From contig JADFDP010000004.1 of assembly GCA_018262835.1 (NCBI GenBank), forward strand, positions 9,808 through 73,807: a stretch of DNA of 64,000 nucleotides, read 5' to 3'. The translations under genes were made by a program, and so were the position numbers. Shown here piece after piece: positions 1-8,970 of this stretch (its first letter is position 1; each line of letters starts with the position of its first letter). The stretch comes from Candidatus Aminicenantes bacterium. Its GTDB lineage: Bacteria > Acidobacteriota > Aminicenantia > UBA2199. The notes under the pieces are model-generated. The model saw nothing but the letters and a program-made list of their open reading frames with translations. It was not told the DNA's origin and ran no database searches.

Positions 1-454
1 CCATGCCCGAGACGATCACCAGCCCGGCCCGGATGCATTCCGGCAGGATGCGGTTTATGACGGACTGGCCGTACGTGCCGCCGCGGCGCGACCCCACCAC
101 CGCCAGCTTGGTTTTTGCGAGAATTTCCCGGTTGCCGGTAAAATAAATGAAATCGGGAGGAGCATAAATTTCATTCAGCAGCGGCGGATAATCTTTGTCT
201 TCGCTGAAAATGACCTGGATATGGTTCGCTTTTAACCGGGCCACTTCCTTTTCGGCAGCTGCCCAGTTCTGCTCGCGCACCGCCTTGATCTCAGCCGGGA
301 ACAGGCCGGCCAATTCCAGTTGCCGCGGTTCCAGGCAAAAAAAATCGCTTGCCTTGCCCTTGTTTCTCAGCAGATGCTGTCTGGCCTTGGGATTGTTGAC
401 GGTCAGCAGATGAAAAGAGATCCTTTTTAGCTGCTCTTCATTGAAGTCAGCCAT
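1..454 (-). CDS. dprA: DNA-processing protein DprA/Smf, N-terminal ~150 codons (3' end lies beyond window start)
   Basis: Absent from the ORF track because it is open at the window edge. My translation of the minus strand from ATG 454-452 reads MADFNEEQLKRISFHLL...DKDYPPLLNEIYAPPDFIYFTGN...LAVVGSRRGGTYGQSV...GLVIVSGM, a DprA Rossmann-domain signature. It overlaps the HU stop by 8 nt. Confidence 0.8.
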   Translation of the reverse strand, partial: MADFNEEQLKRISFHLLTVNNPKARQHLLRNKGKASDFFCLEPRQLELAGLFPAEIKAVREQNWAAAEKEVARLKANHIQVIFSEDKDYPPLLNEIYAPPDFIYFTGNREILAKTKLAVVGSRRGGTYGQSVINRILPECIRAGLVIVSGM

Positions 455-728
455 TGCCCTCGAATCTTTTTTTCAGGTTCTCCGAAGGGATGAATTTCAC
501 GATCTTGGTGGGGGGAATGATCATGGGCTGGCGATTGATGGGATTGATCACCCGTTTTTTATTCTTCTTTTTAATGATCAGGGTTCCAAATTTGGAAAGC
601 ACAAGCTTGCGCCCTTTCCCGAGATTTTCCAGGGCGACTTCGATGAATAGGTCAATGAAGTTGTAGGCCTCGTATTTTTTTATGGATATTCTCTTGGCTA
701 TATCCTCGGCCAGATATTTTTTATTCAT
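447..728 (-). CDS. HU/IHF-family nucleoid-associated DNA-binding protein
   Basis: ORF 447..779, trimmed to the internal MNKKYLAEDIAKR start (ATG 728-726), which is preceded by AGGAGG. The sequence KFGTLIIKKKNKKRVINPINRQPMIIPPTKIVKFIPSENLK matches the HU beta-arm pattern (GxF...R.gRNP.t...i.ip....v.F.p). Confidence 0.85.
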   Translation of the reverse strand: MNKKYLAEDIAKRISIKKYEAYNFIDLFIEVALENLGKGRKLVLSKFGTLIIKKKNKKRVINPINRQPMIIPPTKIVKFIPSENLKKRFEGNG

Positions 729-989
729 GTCGACCTCCTGCTTGTGATAAGATTTAACATACGGAAAATGAAAAGTCAAGTGTTATTGACCGTTTCAAGC
801 GTTTTGTCGGCAACGGGGGAAAAAACGGGTAAAAATTTTCCCTCCGCTGGAATTGACTTTTTCACCCTGAATGGTTACATTTTACAGTGATGAGCGGCTC
901 GGCTGCCCCCGGGAAACGGGAAAACAAAGCGAACATGGCTATAAATTTGGATAAAATGATAAAAAACATTGCCTGATAGGAAGAAGAAA

Positions 990-2057
990 ATGAAAAAAAA
1001 AGTATTTTTCATCCCCATTGCCGACAACGAGCCCGATGAGGAGATCTGCCGGAAGCTCGAAAATGCCATCATGGCCAACGATTTTTTTTCCTTTATCCAG
1101 GCCAACGACATGGTGGCTTTCAAGACCCACTTCGGCGAGGAGAAAACGCAAGGGTATGTGCGGCCGCTGAATTTTAAAATGATGGGCGACCGGGTCAAGC
1201 AGCGCCGGGCCTTGCCTTTCCTGACCGATACCGCCACCCTGTACAGCGGCATGCGCAACCAGGCCATCGGCCATATTGAACTCGCCCACCGCCACGGTTT
1301 TGGCTTCGAAAAGACCGGGCTGCCGCTGATCATGGCCGACGGCCTGACCGGCGATGAAGAACTGGAAGTGCCGATACCGGGCAAACTGTACCAGAAAGTC
1401 AGACTCGCTTCCCTGATCGTCAAGGCCCAGGCCCTGGTCGTGGTATCCCATTTCACCGGCCACGTGGCCTCGGGTTTCGGGGCGGCCCTGAAAAACATGG
1501 GCATGGGCTGCGCCAGCCGCCGCGGCAAGCTGGCCCAGCATTCGACCGCCACCCCGTCGGTCAAGAAGAAAAAATGCACCGCCTGCGGCGCTTGCGTCAA
1601 GTGGTGCCCGGTCCAGGCCATTACCCTGGCGGAGAATGTCGCCCAGATCGAAAAACTGACATGCATCGGCTGCGCCGAATGCCTTACCGTCTGCCGTTTC
1701 GACGCCATCGGCTACAACTGGTCGGAAACCTACGAACAGCTGCAGCGCAAAATCACCGAGCATGCCTGGGGCGTGGCCGAGTCCAAGAAAGGCAAAGCGC
1801 TCTATATCAATTTTTTAAACCGCATCAGCAAGGATTGCGACTGCATGGGCGGCTATGAAAAAATCGTCCCCGATATCGGCGTGCTCATCTCCGGGGACCC
1901 CGTGGCATTGGATGCCGCCTCGCTGGACCTGGTTGAGGAGAAAGCCGGCAAACCCCTCACCGCCCTTTCCTACGACATTCCCCACCGCGTGCAGATCGAC
2001 TACGCCCGCGAGATCGGCTTCGGCAACCCCGACTACCAGATCGTCGGAATCCCTTGA
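990..2057 (+). CDS. DUF362-type protein with embedded 2x[4Fe-4S] ferredoxin motif
   Basis: ORF 969..2057. The MKKKVFF start at 990 follows AGGAAG. Two CxxCxxCxxxCP-like clusters are present (CTACGACVKWCP, CIGCAECLTVC), and the flanking sequence is typical of the DUF362 family. Confidence 0.75.
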   Translation: MKKKVFFIPIADNEPDEEICRKLENAIMANDFFSFIQANDMVAFKTHFGEEKTQGYVRPLNFKMMGDRVKQRRALPFLTDTATLYSGMRNQAIGHIELAHRHGFGFEKTGLPLIMADGLTGDEELEVPIPGKLYQKVRLASLIVKAQALVVVSHFTGHVASGFGAALKNMGMGCASRRGKLAQHSTATPSVKKKKCTACGACVKWCPVQAITLAENVAQIEKLTCIGCAECLTVCRFDAIGYNWSETYEQLQRKITEHAWGVAESKKGKALYINFLNRISKDCDCMGGYEKIVPDIGVLISGDPVALDAASLDLVEEKAGKPLTALSYDIPHRVQIDYAREIGFGNPDYQIVGIP

Positions 2058-2092
2058 AAATTCCCCTGCCGGACAAAAAATCAAAAAAGTGA

Positions 2093-2121
2093 TTGAAAAT
2101 TTATTTTTGATATGCTATAAA
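2093..2121 (+). promoter_or_regulatory. sigma70-type promoter TTGAAA-17-TATAAA upstream of the STAS gene
   Basis: Hexamers read directly at 2093-2098 and 2116-2121. AAGGAG lies before ATG 2151. Confidence 0.5.
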
Positions 2122-2150
2122 ACAATTTCAAGGTAGTAAAGGAGAAAAAA

Positions 2151-2489
2151 ATGAAGATAGAAAAAAGAAAAAAAGGCAACGTCACCATTTTCGACCTCAA
2201 AGGAAAAATACTCTTCGGCGATGGAATCGATGAACTCCGGCAATCGATCAACGCCTCGATCAAGGAAAATGAAAAACAGCTGATCTTGAATTTCGCCGAA
2301 GTGCCGTACCTTGATTCCACCGGCCTGGGCGAAGTGGTCCGCTCCTACACCACCCTGAAAAAAGAGGGCGGGACGGTCAAGATCACCAACCTGACCAACA
2401 AAGTCAAGGACCTGATGATGGTCACCAAGCTGATCACCGTGTTCGAAACCTTTAACGACGAGAACGAGGCGGTAAAGAGCTTTAAGTAG
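2151..2489 (+). CDS. STAS-domain anti-sigma-factor antagonist (SpoIIAA-like)
   Basis: 112 aa. The sequence NFAEVPYLDSTGLGEVV contains the phosphorylatable DS(T/S)GL motif, and size and layout are typical of SpoIIAA/RsbV. Confidence 0.85.
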   Translation: MKIEKRKKGNVTIFDLKGKILFGDGIDELRQSINASIKENEKQLILNFAEVPYLDSTGLGEVVRSYTTLKKEGGTVKITNLTNKVKDLMMVTKLITVFETFNDENEAVKSFK

Positions 2490-2647
2490 TATTGGCTCCG
2501 GCAAGCGGATTGCGAAAGCAAAGACACCGTGCTTGTGAAACAATACATGTAAGGAAATTTTTCTCCTGGATTTTTTAAATCATTCCCCGAATTCCGTGTT
2601 GCGCTCAGCCGCCGGGGACTTTTCCCTGGAGATTGAGAAATAATCCC

Positions 2648-4534
2648 ATGTGCGGAATCTGCGGTTTCTATCAATTGGAAAATGAGGCCGATGCCGGCAC
2701 CCTGAAAAGAATGAACGACCCGATCGTTCACCGCGGTCCCGATGACGAAGGGTTCTTTGAAAAAGACGGCATAGGACTTGCGGCCAGGCGCCTGAGCATC
2801 ATCGACCTGGCCACCGGCCACCAACCGCTCGCTTCGCGGTCGGGAAACTCCTGGATCACCTACAACGGTGAAGTGTACAATTTCCCCGAATTGCGTCGGG
2901 AACTCGAGTCGCGCGGTTATTCTTTCCGCAGCCAAAGCGATACCGAGGTGGTCGTCAATCTGTACGAAGAGTTCGGGCTGGAATTCGTGAAGAAACTGCG
3001 CGGCATGTTCGCCTTCGCCATCTACGACCAAAAAAACCGCCGCTTGATCCTGGCCAGGGACCATATCGGGAAAAAACCGCTGTATTACAGCCTGAAAAGA
3101 AACGGCAACCTGGTGTTCGCCTCGGAGATCAAGTCCATCCTGCAATATCCGGGCATTGCTCGCGACGTGGACCCCGAGGCGCTGGATTTTTTTCTGACCC
3201 TGGAATATGTCCCGGCCCCGTATTCCATCCTGGCCGCCGTAAAAAAACTCCCGGCCGGGCACCTGCTGGTTTATGAAAACGGTAAAGCCGCCATTCGCGA
3301 ATATTGGGATGTCCAGCCGGGCGCGGGCCCTCCGGAGTTTGCCGCCGCCCGCGAAGAATTCCTGGCCCTGCTCGAGGAATCCGTCCGCATGCGCATGATC
3401 TCCGATGTGCCGCTGGGGGCTTTTCTTTCCGGCGGCATCGATTCCAGCGCCGTGGTGGCCACCATGGCCAGACTCTCCGCCATCCCGATCAAAACATTTT
3501 CCATCGGTTTTGAGGAAAAATCATACAGCGAATTGCCTTATTCGCGCCTGGTGGCCGCAAAATTCAAAACCGATCACCATGAAAAAACGCTGCATGCCGA
3601 CATCCGCGCCCTGGTCCTGCAGCTGGCCGGGATCCTGGACGAACCTTTGGCTGACTTTTCCAATTTCCCCACTTTTTTGGTTTCGCGCCTCGCCAGGGAA
3701 AAAGTAACGGTGGCGTTGTCCGGAGACGGCGGTGACGAAATTTTCGGCGGCTATGAACATTACCTGGCCCAAAAACTCGCCCGCTTCGTCGATTTTTCTC
3801 CGCTGCGCCCGCTGCGGGCCCTGGCCGGCCAGGCCCTGCGCCTGCTGCCGCCCTCGGAACTGAAAAAAGGGCTGATCAACCGCGGCAGGCGTTTCGGCGA
3901 AGGCTTTGCCAATGCAGCGGCCAACCGCCACTTCCGCTGGATGCTTTTCTTGACCCGGCAGCAAAAATCGCGCCTTTATTCGCCCGCCTTCCAGCAGGAA
4001 AGCTTCATGCAGGATCTGCCCCAGCGCAAGCCGTTCCGCGAATTTTTCGAACGCAGCCGCCAGTTCCCCGGGATCAACCAGGACCTGTATCTCGACTTGA
4101 AAACCTACCTGACCGATGACATCATGGTCAAGGTCGACCGCATGAGCATGGCCGCGTCCCTGGAGACCCGCGCCCCGCTGCTTGACTACAAGCTGGTGGA
4201 GTTCGCCTTTTCCCTGCCCCCGCAATGGAAGGTGCGTGGGAATACAGGCAAATGGTTTTTCAAGAAGGCCATGGCCGGCATCCTGGACCAAAAAATCCTC
4301 GGCCGCCAGAAACAGGGGTTTTCCATTCCCATCAAAAATTGGCTCCGAGATGAACTGAAGGGGCTGATGCTGGAGACTCTTGCGGATAAAAAAATATCCG
4401 ACCTGGGCTTTTTTAACGCGGACTACGTGCGGAGGATGATCCAGGAACACCTGCATAATCGTGAGAACCATTCGCATCGGCTATGGGCCTTAATGCAGTT
4501 TTATCTTTGGCATGACCATTTCGGGAAAAAATAA
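2648..4534 (+). CDS. asnB: asparagine synthase (glutamine-hydrolysing)
   Basis: ORF 2633..4534, trimmed to MCGICGF (an Ntn amidotransferase needs Cys2). The SGGIDSS PP-loop is present in FLSGGIDSSAVVA. Confidence 0.92.
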   Translation: MCGICGFYQLENEADAGTLKRMNDPIVHRGPDDEGFFEKDGIGLAARRLSIIDLATGHQPLASRSGNSWITYNGEVYNFPELRRELESRGYSFRSQSDTEVVVNLYEEFGLEFVKKLRGMFAFAIYDQKNRRLILARDHIGKKPLYYSLKRNGNLVFASEIKSILQYPGIARDVDPEALDFFLTLEYVPAPYSILAAVKKLPAGHLLVYENGKAAIREYWDVQPGAGPPEFAAAREEFLALLEESVRMRMISDVPLGAFLSGGIDSSAVVATMARLSAIPIKTFSIGFEEKSYSELPYSRLVAAKFKTDHHEKTLHADIRALVLQLAGILDEPLADFSNFPTFLVSRLAREKVTVALSGDGGDEIFGGYEHYLAQKLARFVDFSPLRPLRALAGQALRLLPPSELKKGLINRGRRFGEGFANAAANRHFRWMLFLTRQQKSRLYSPAFQQESFMQDLPQRKPFREFFERSRQFPGINQDLYLDLKTYLTDDIMVKVDRMSMAASLETRAPLLDYKLVEFAFSLPPQWKVRGNTGKWFFKKAMAGILDQKILGRQKQGFSIPIKNWLRDELKGLMLETLADKKISDLGFFNADYVRRMIQEHLHNRENHSHRLWALMQFYLWHDHFGKK

Positions 4535-4572
4535 CCGTCGGCCGCTGACGCCTGAGTCCCGGTGACCCCGCC

Positions 4573-5337
4573 ATGCTGCAGACTTACCTGATCGTTCTGC
4601 CGGCGGTCTTTCTGGCCGGCCTGGTCGATTCCATTGCCGGCGGCGGCGGCCTGCTCTCCGTTCCCGCCTACATGGCGGCCGGCCTGCCGCCGCACTACGT
4701 CCTGGGCAACAACAAGTTCTCTTCCAGCTTCGGCACCCTGTTCGCCACCCTGCGCTACCACCAGCACGGGATGATCGATGTGCGCGTGGCCCTGCTCAGC
4801 GCCTTTTTCGCCCTGATCGGCTCATTCCTGGGCAGCAGCGCCGTGCTTTTGCTGAGCGCCGATTTCTTGCGCATCCTGCTGGTTGTGCTCATTCCGCTGG
4901 TGGCGGTTCTCACCCTGACCCACCGCTCCCTGGGCCGGGAAAACCATTCGCACCGGCAAACGCGGCAGCGGAAATACTCCCTGGCCGCCCTGGCGGCATT
5001 GCTCCTCGGATTTTACGACGGCTTCTTCGGGCCCGGCATGGGGATGTTCCTGATCCTTTTCTTTACCTTGGTGCTGAAATACGACTTTGTCACGGCCAAC
5101 GCCAACACCAAGGTAGTGAACCTGGCGTCCAATGTCGCGGCCGTGGTCACCTTCATCATCCACGGCAAGGTCATCTTCGCCATCGGCATCCCGGCCGCCG
5201 CCGCGGGCATTGCCGGCAACCTGCTGGGCGCCAAGCTGGTCATCAAGCGCGGCGGCTCGGTCATCCGGCCGGTTTTCATCTTCACCCTGCTGCTGCTGTT
5301 CGGCAAGGTCCTCTACGACCTGCTGGCCGCCCGCTAG
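4573..5337 (+). CDS. TSUP (TauE/SafE) family membrane anion exporter
   Basis: 254 aa, polytopic. LVDSIAGGGGLLSVPAYM and the repeated half are characteristic of TauE/SafE. Confidence 0.85.
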   Translation: MLQTYLIVLPAVFLAGLVDSIAGGGGLLSVPAYMAAGLPPHYVLGNNKFSSSFGTLFATLRYHQHGMIDVRVALLSAFFALIGSFLGSSAVLLLSADFLRILLVVLIPLVAVLTLTHRSLGRENHSHRQTRQRKYSLAALAALLLGFYDGFFGPGMGMFLILFFTLVLKYDFVTANANTKVVNLASNVAAVVTFIIHGKVIFAIGIPAAAAGIAGNLLGAKLVIKRGGSVIRPVFIFTLLLLFGKVLYDLLAAR

Positions 5338-6659
5338 GTCCCGGCCGCCGGCGCCCGCTTCATCTCCCGCCCGACTCGATGCAGGTAGGCGATGGCGCAC
5401 AAGCGGCCGCTCATCGCCGCCAGCGCCGCGGCCGTCACTCCGATCAGGCTGGTGAACGATACGGCCAGCAGCAGCACTGCAGCAATGACCCCAACCTCAA
5501 TGGCCGTGGCCGTGGTGATGGGATGGGTGCTCTTGCCCACGACGAACCGGGCGCGCTGGAAAGCCAGCAGCACCTCCAGGGCCGGGATGACGGCGAAGAG
5601 ACGGATGGGGACAACGGCCAGGCGGGCGAGCTCCGGAGAGAGCCCGGAGACGCCGCGGAACCACAGGGTGACCGCGGGAGAAAAAGCGATCAGTACCAGG
5701 AGCCCCGAGCTGGCCCCGCCGAGCAGCCAGGCGAAGGAACGCAGCTTGTGTTTGCTTTCATCGCCCTTTTTCAACAGGGCGATGGCCGCCTCCTGGAAGG
5801 AGAGGCCGGCGCTGCGGAAGACGAAGGCCAGGGAGTTGACCACCGGCAGCACGGCCAGCGACTCGATGGGCAGGCGGCCCTTGCCCATGAAGAACGACAT
5901 CATGGGGTGGACGGCCAGTCCCAGGAGCGAGGTCAGCGCCAGTGGAAAATAGAAGGCGGCCAGCTCGCGGTTGTTCAGGAGCTTCGCTCCCTCCGCTGCC
6001 GGGACGGCCAGCAGCTTGGTGACCAGCGGCCTGGCCATGACGCGGCTGGCGAGCGCCTCCATGACCACCCCCGCCGACAGGGCGGCCGTGCCCACACAGG
6101 CGCCGGGCAGCGACGAGAACAGGTAGAGAAGCCATGCCGTGGCCGCCATGGAGACCAGGCGCACCACCGTGCCGTAGGCCACCCGGCGCGGCAGGTGGTT
6201 GCCGATAAGGATGCCCTGGTAGAAACGGCGCAGGCCGATGGCGGCCGGCCAGGGCAGGAGGATGATCGTGGCCTGGCGCGTCAGGCGCGCCAGGGCCGGG
6301 GGCATGCCGATGAGCTGCTCGCACAGCCAGTAAAAAACGGGCGGCACCAGGACCAGCAGCAGGGCCAGGGTGATCAGCACGTTCAGCAGGACGTTGAAGC
6401 GCCGCAATTTGAGATAGGTGCGGCGGTCCTTGACCAGAACGTTGGCCGCGCTGAGCATCATGATGATCGGCGACTCGAAGAACATGCCCAGCGAAAAAGC
6501 CACGCCGAAGGCGGCGAGGTTGAATGTGGGATCGGCCAGGCGGGCGATAACCGCCGCGATGAAGGGCCCTTCCACCCCCATCATCAGCCAGGTGGAGAAG
6601 AGCGGCAGCCAGAAAACCGCAATTTTTCTATACGTCAGCCCAGGTTTTTCGGGATTCAT
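5334..6659 (-). CDS. polytopic membrane protein, MOP/MATE-superfamily-like transporter (putative)
   Basis: 441 aa with about 12 hydrophobic segments. The family call is by general resemblance only. Confidence 0.5.
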   Translation of the reverse strand: MNPEKPGLTYRKIAVFWLPLFSTWLMMGVEGPFIAAVIARLADPTFNLAAFGVAFSLGMFFESPIIMMLSAANVLVKDRRTYLKLRRFNVLLNVLITLALLLVLVPPVFYWLCEQLIGMPPALARLTRQATIILLPWPAAIGLRRFYQGILIGNHLPRRVAYGTVVRLVSMAATAWLLYLFSSLPGACVGTAALSAGVVMEALASRVMARPLVTKLLAVPAAEGAKLLNNRELAAFYFPLALTSLLGLAVHPMMSFFMGKGRLPIESLAVLPVVNSLAFVFRSAGLSFQEAAIALLKKGDESKHKLRSFAWLLGGASSGLLVLIAFSPAVTLWFRGVSGLSPELARLAVVPIRLFAVIPALEVLLAFQRARFVVGKSTHPITTATAIEVGVIAAVLLLAVSFTSLIGVTAAALAAMSGRLCAIAYLHRVGREMKRAPAAGT

Positions 6660-6727
6660 CGGTCAAGAATAACACGACTTTTCCATGCGGACAAGCGGAA
6701 AACATTCAACCTAAAAACTCACCCCGA

Positions 6728-6841
6728 CCCCTCTCTTGCGAAGAGAGGGGCAGGGTTTTCTCCCCAAGGGGGAGAGACAAACCAAATCCGCAAAGCCAGC
6801 GGATGGTTTGTGCAGTCCCCTTCTCTTGCCAAGAGAAGGGG
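6728..6841. repeat. module of four consecutive hairpin-forming inverted repeats (REP/MITE-like)
   Basis: Read directly. H1 is 6728-6750 (10-bp perfect stem, loop GCG). H2 is 6759-6775 (7-bp stem). H3 is 6777-6811 (8+5 bp with a 2-nt bulge). H4 is 6817-6841 (11-bp perfect stem, loop GCC). H1 and H4 are near-identical. Confidence 0.8.
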
Positions 6842-6886
6842 CCGGGGGATGAGTTGTGAGCATAGTACCGGTAAAGTAGAGAGAAG

Positions 6887-6915
6887 TTGACTTCATACAT
6901 GTCCTGATCTACAAT
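6887..6915 (+). promoter_or_regulatory. promoter TTGACT-17-TACAAT; psd ATG only 11 nt after the -10
   Basis: Hexamers at 6887-6892 and 6910-6915. There is no Shine-Dalgarno before ATG 6927. Confidence 0.5.
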
Positions 6916-6926
6916 TTTTAAAACAA

Positions 6927-7760
6927 ATGAAAAAAGTAACCGCGCCGTTTTCCCGCCTTTTCCTGGGCGTCATCTCCCAGCCACTGCTCAGCCGCCTGTG
7001 GGGGAAAATAATGCGCCTGCGCCGACCTCGTTTTCTGGCCGGGCTGATGATCCGCCGCTTTCAAAAGCACTACCGCATCACCATGGATGAGTTCCGGGGA
7101 AATGCGGCCGACTACGGTTCGCTCGCTGAATTTTTCCTGCGCCCCTTCGACCCCCAAAAGCGCCCGCTGCCGTCCAACGAGCGGTTCCTGCTTTCTCCGG
7201 CCGACGGCCGCCTGAGCGAACTCGAACTTATCGGCGAGGACCGGGCCACGCAGGTCAAGGGCTGGACCTATCCGCTCAGCCTGATGCTGGGCGAAGCGGT
7301 CGACTTCTCCCGGGGCTGGCATGTCGCAACGATCTACCTTTCCCCCGGCAATTATCACCGCTTTCATTACCCCCTCTCCGCCCCGATCCGCGGCTCTTTC
7401 CAGGGCGGCACGCGCCTTTTCCCGGTCAACGATTTTTCGGTCACGCGGGTGAAGCGCCTTTATGTACGCAACGAAAGGGTGGTGACGCGCTTCGACCTGC
7501 AAGGCTTGCCCTGCTACATGGTCGCCGTCGGCGCCACCTTCGTGGGCAGCATCGGCATCAAGCACCTGCCCGGCGGCCTGCCCGCGCCGGGCACATGGCA
7601 GAACCTCGACCTGCTGGCCGAGCAAATGGCCGAGATGGGCCATTTCGCCATGGGATCGACCATCATCTTGGCCTTGCCGGCCGCTTTGGTCGAATCGGTC
7701 GTCGCCCAAAAGGGAAAGCAGGTCCGCGTCGGCGAACCGCTGTTCAAGATCAAGAACTGA
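6927..7760 (+). CDS. psd: phosphatidylserine decarboxylase proenzyme
   Basis: 277 aa. It has the LSPADG and YLSPGNYHRFH motifs and the self-cleavage site FAMGST (G-S-T). Confidence 0.88.
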   Translation: MKKVTAPFSRLFLGVISQPLLSRLWGKIMRLRRPRFLAGLMIRRFQKHYRITMDEFRGNAADYGSLAEFFLRPFDPQKRPLPSNERFLLSPADGRLSELELIGEDRATQVKGWTYPLSLMLGEAVDFSRGWHVATIYLSPGNYHRFHYPLSAPIRGSFQGGTRLFPVNDFSVTRVKRLYVRNERVVTRFDLQGLPCYMVAVGATFVGSIGIKHLPGGLPAPGTWQNLDLLAEQMAEMGHFAMGSTIILALPAALVESVVAQKGKQVRVGEPLFKIKN

Positions 7761-7784
7761 CCGTTCGGCGCCCGGACTGACGGA

Positions 7785-8882
7785 TCAGCGATAACCGGCT
7801 TTGTTCAAGTCGGCCAATGAGGCGAAAGGATGGGGCGGGCGCAGGTAGCCGGCCAGGAACTTGTAGATCTTCAGGCGGATCTCCTTGGCCAACTGGGTGT
7901 CGATGCGATCGAAGCTGTGGCCGCCCGGGGCTTCGTTGAAGATCTCGTACTCGAATTTCTTGCCTTCGGCTTTCAGGGCCTGGATCAGGTGTTCCACTTC
8001 GATCGAGTATACATCATCATCGTTGGTGTTGGTATGGATCAATAAAGGCGTCTGCAGTTTTTTTACGTGCCAGACCGGCGAGCGGCGCTGGTATTCCTTT
8101 ACGTTCTCATTCACCGTTTTCCCGATATGGAACGGAGCTGAAAATTCCTCGGGATAATCGGGGCTTTGATAACCCAGGCGCATGACCAGGTCGCTCACCG
8201 GGACCCCGGCAAAAGCCACCTGGTAATCGGCCGGGTGCTCAAAAATGTTCATCAGGGCGATCAGGCCGCCGTGGCTCCAGCCGATGATGCCGGCGCGCTT
8301 GCCGTCGACGAACTCGTAATTCTCCACCATGTAATCGCGGCTGGCGTGGCAGTCGTCGACCTCCAGGCCGCCGTAATCGACCTTTTCATAGAAGGAGCGG
8401 CCGTATCCGGTCGAGCCGCGGTACTCCGGTGCGACCACGACGTACCCTTGGGCCGTCAGTTCGCGGATAATGTGCGTGTGGTAGGTGGTGAAATTGGCAT
8501 GGGACCCGCCGTGAGGGAGCACCAGCAACGGGCATTTACGGCCGCGATCGATGTTCCTGGGAATGAACACATAGGACCAAAATTTCACCGGGTTCCTTGC
8601 ACCCATGGCCGTGGGATTCTTGATATTGGCCGGCGGCGGCCCGACATGAAACACCTTGTCGATCAGGGCCACGTCCCCGACCTTCTGGTACCAGAGGAGG
8701 TCGTCGACGGCCTTTTCCAGCTGGTCCAGGCGGTGGCCCAATTCTGTGAAACTTTGCTGGATGAGTTCTTTTTCATCTTTCCTTGCCGTCCCGGGATCGC
8801 TTGGCGCCGGCAGCGGCAAAAGCCAGGAAAGGATCAAAGCCAAAAACATGGGCAGCATATATGAGCGAATTTTATTCGGCAT
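7785..8882 (-). CDS. secreted S9 (prolyl oligopeptidase/dipeptidyl peptidase) family serine hydrolase
   Basis: N-terminal signal-like segment. The GWSHGG nucleophile elbow is present, with downstream NDDDV (Asp) and GGHSF (His) giving the triad order Ser-Asp-His. Confidence 0.8.
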   Translation of the reverse strand: MPNKIRSYMLPMFLALILSWLLPLPAPSDPGTARKDEKELIQQSFTELGHRLDQLEKAVDDLLWYQKVGDVALIDKVFHVGPPPANIKNPTAMGARNPVKFWSYVFIPRNIDRGRKCPLLVLPHGGSHANFTTYHTHIIRELTAQGYVVVAPEYRGSTGYGRSFYEKVDYGGLEVDDCHASRDYMVENYEFVDGKRAGIIGWSHGGLIALMNIFEHPADYQVAFAGVPVSDLVMRLGYQSPDYPEEFSAPFHIGKTVNENVKEYQRRSPVWHVKKLQTPLLIHTNTNDDDVYSIEVEHLIQALKAEGKKFEYEIFNEAPGGHSFDRIDTQLAKEIRLKIYKFLAGYLRPPHPFASLADLNKAGYR

Positions 8883-8919
8883 GATTCCTCCTGGGGCGAT
8901 GATCGCGCCCCTGTATTTT

Positions 8920-8954
8920 AAAAAAAGCCGCCGAGAAAAGCAAACCCGGGCGGC
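8920..8954 (-). terminator. putative intrinsic terminator after the EamA gene
   Basis: On the minus strand, GCCGCC...GGCGGC forms a 6-bp GC stem with a 16-nt loop, followed by T7. It lies between stop 8971 and the next start at 8882. Confidence 0.45.
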
Positions 8955-8970
8955 GACTCGATCGCGGCGA

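Noticed and set aside
5379-6890. 503-aa plus-strand ORF (and 5392..5952, 5758..6324) overlapping the transporter gene
   Set aside because: It lies antisense to a convincing polytopic membrane gene. Its translation is low-complexity and rich in Arg, Gly, Gln and Asp, which is typical of spurious frames in GC-rich DNA. There is no start context.
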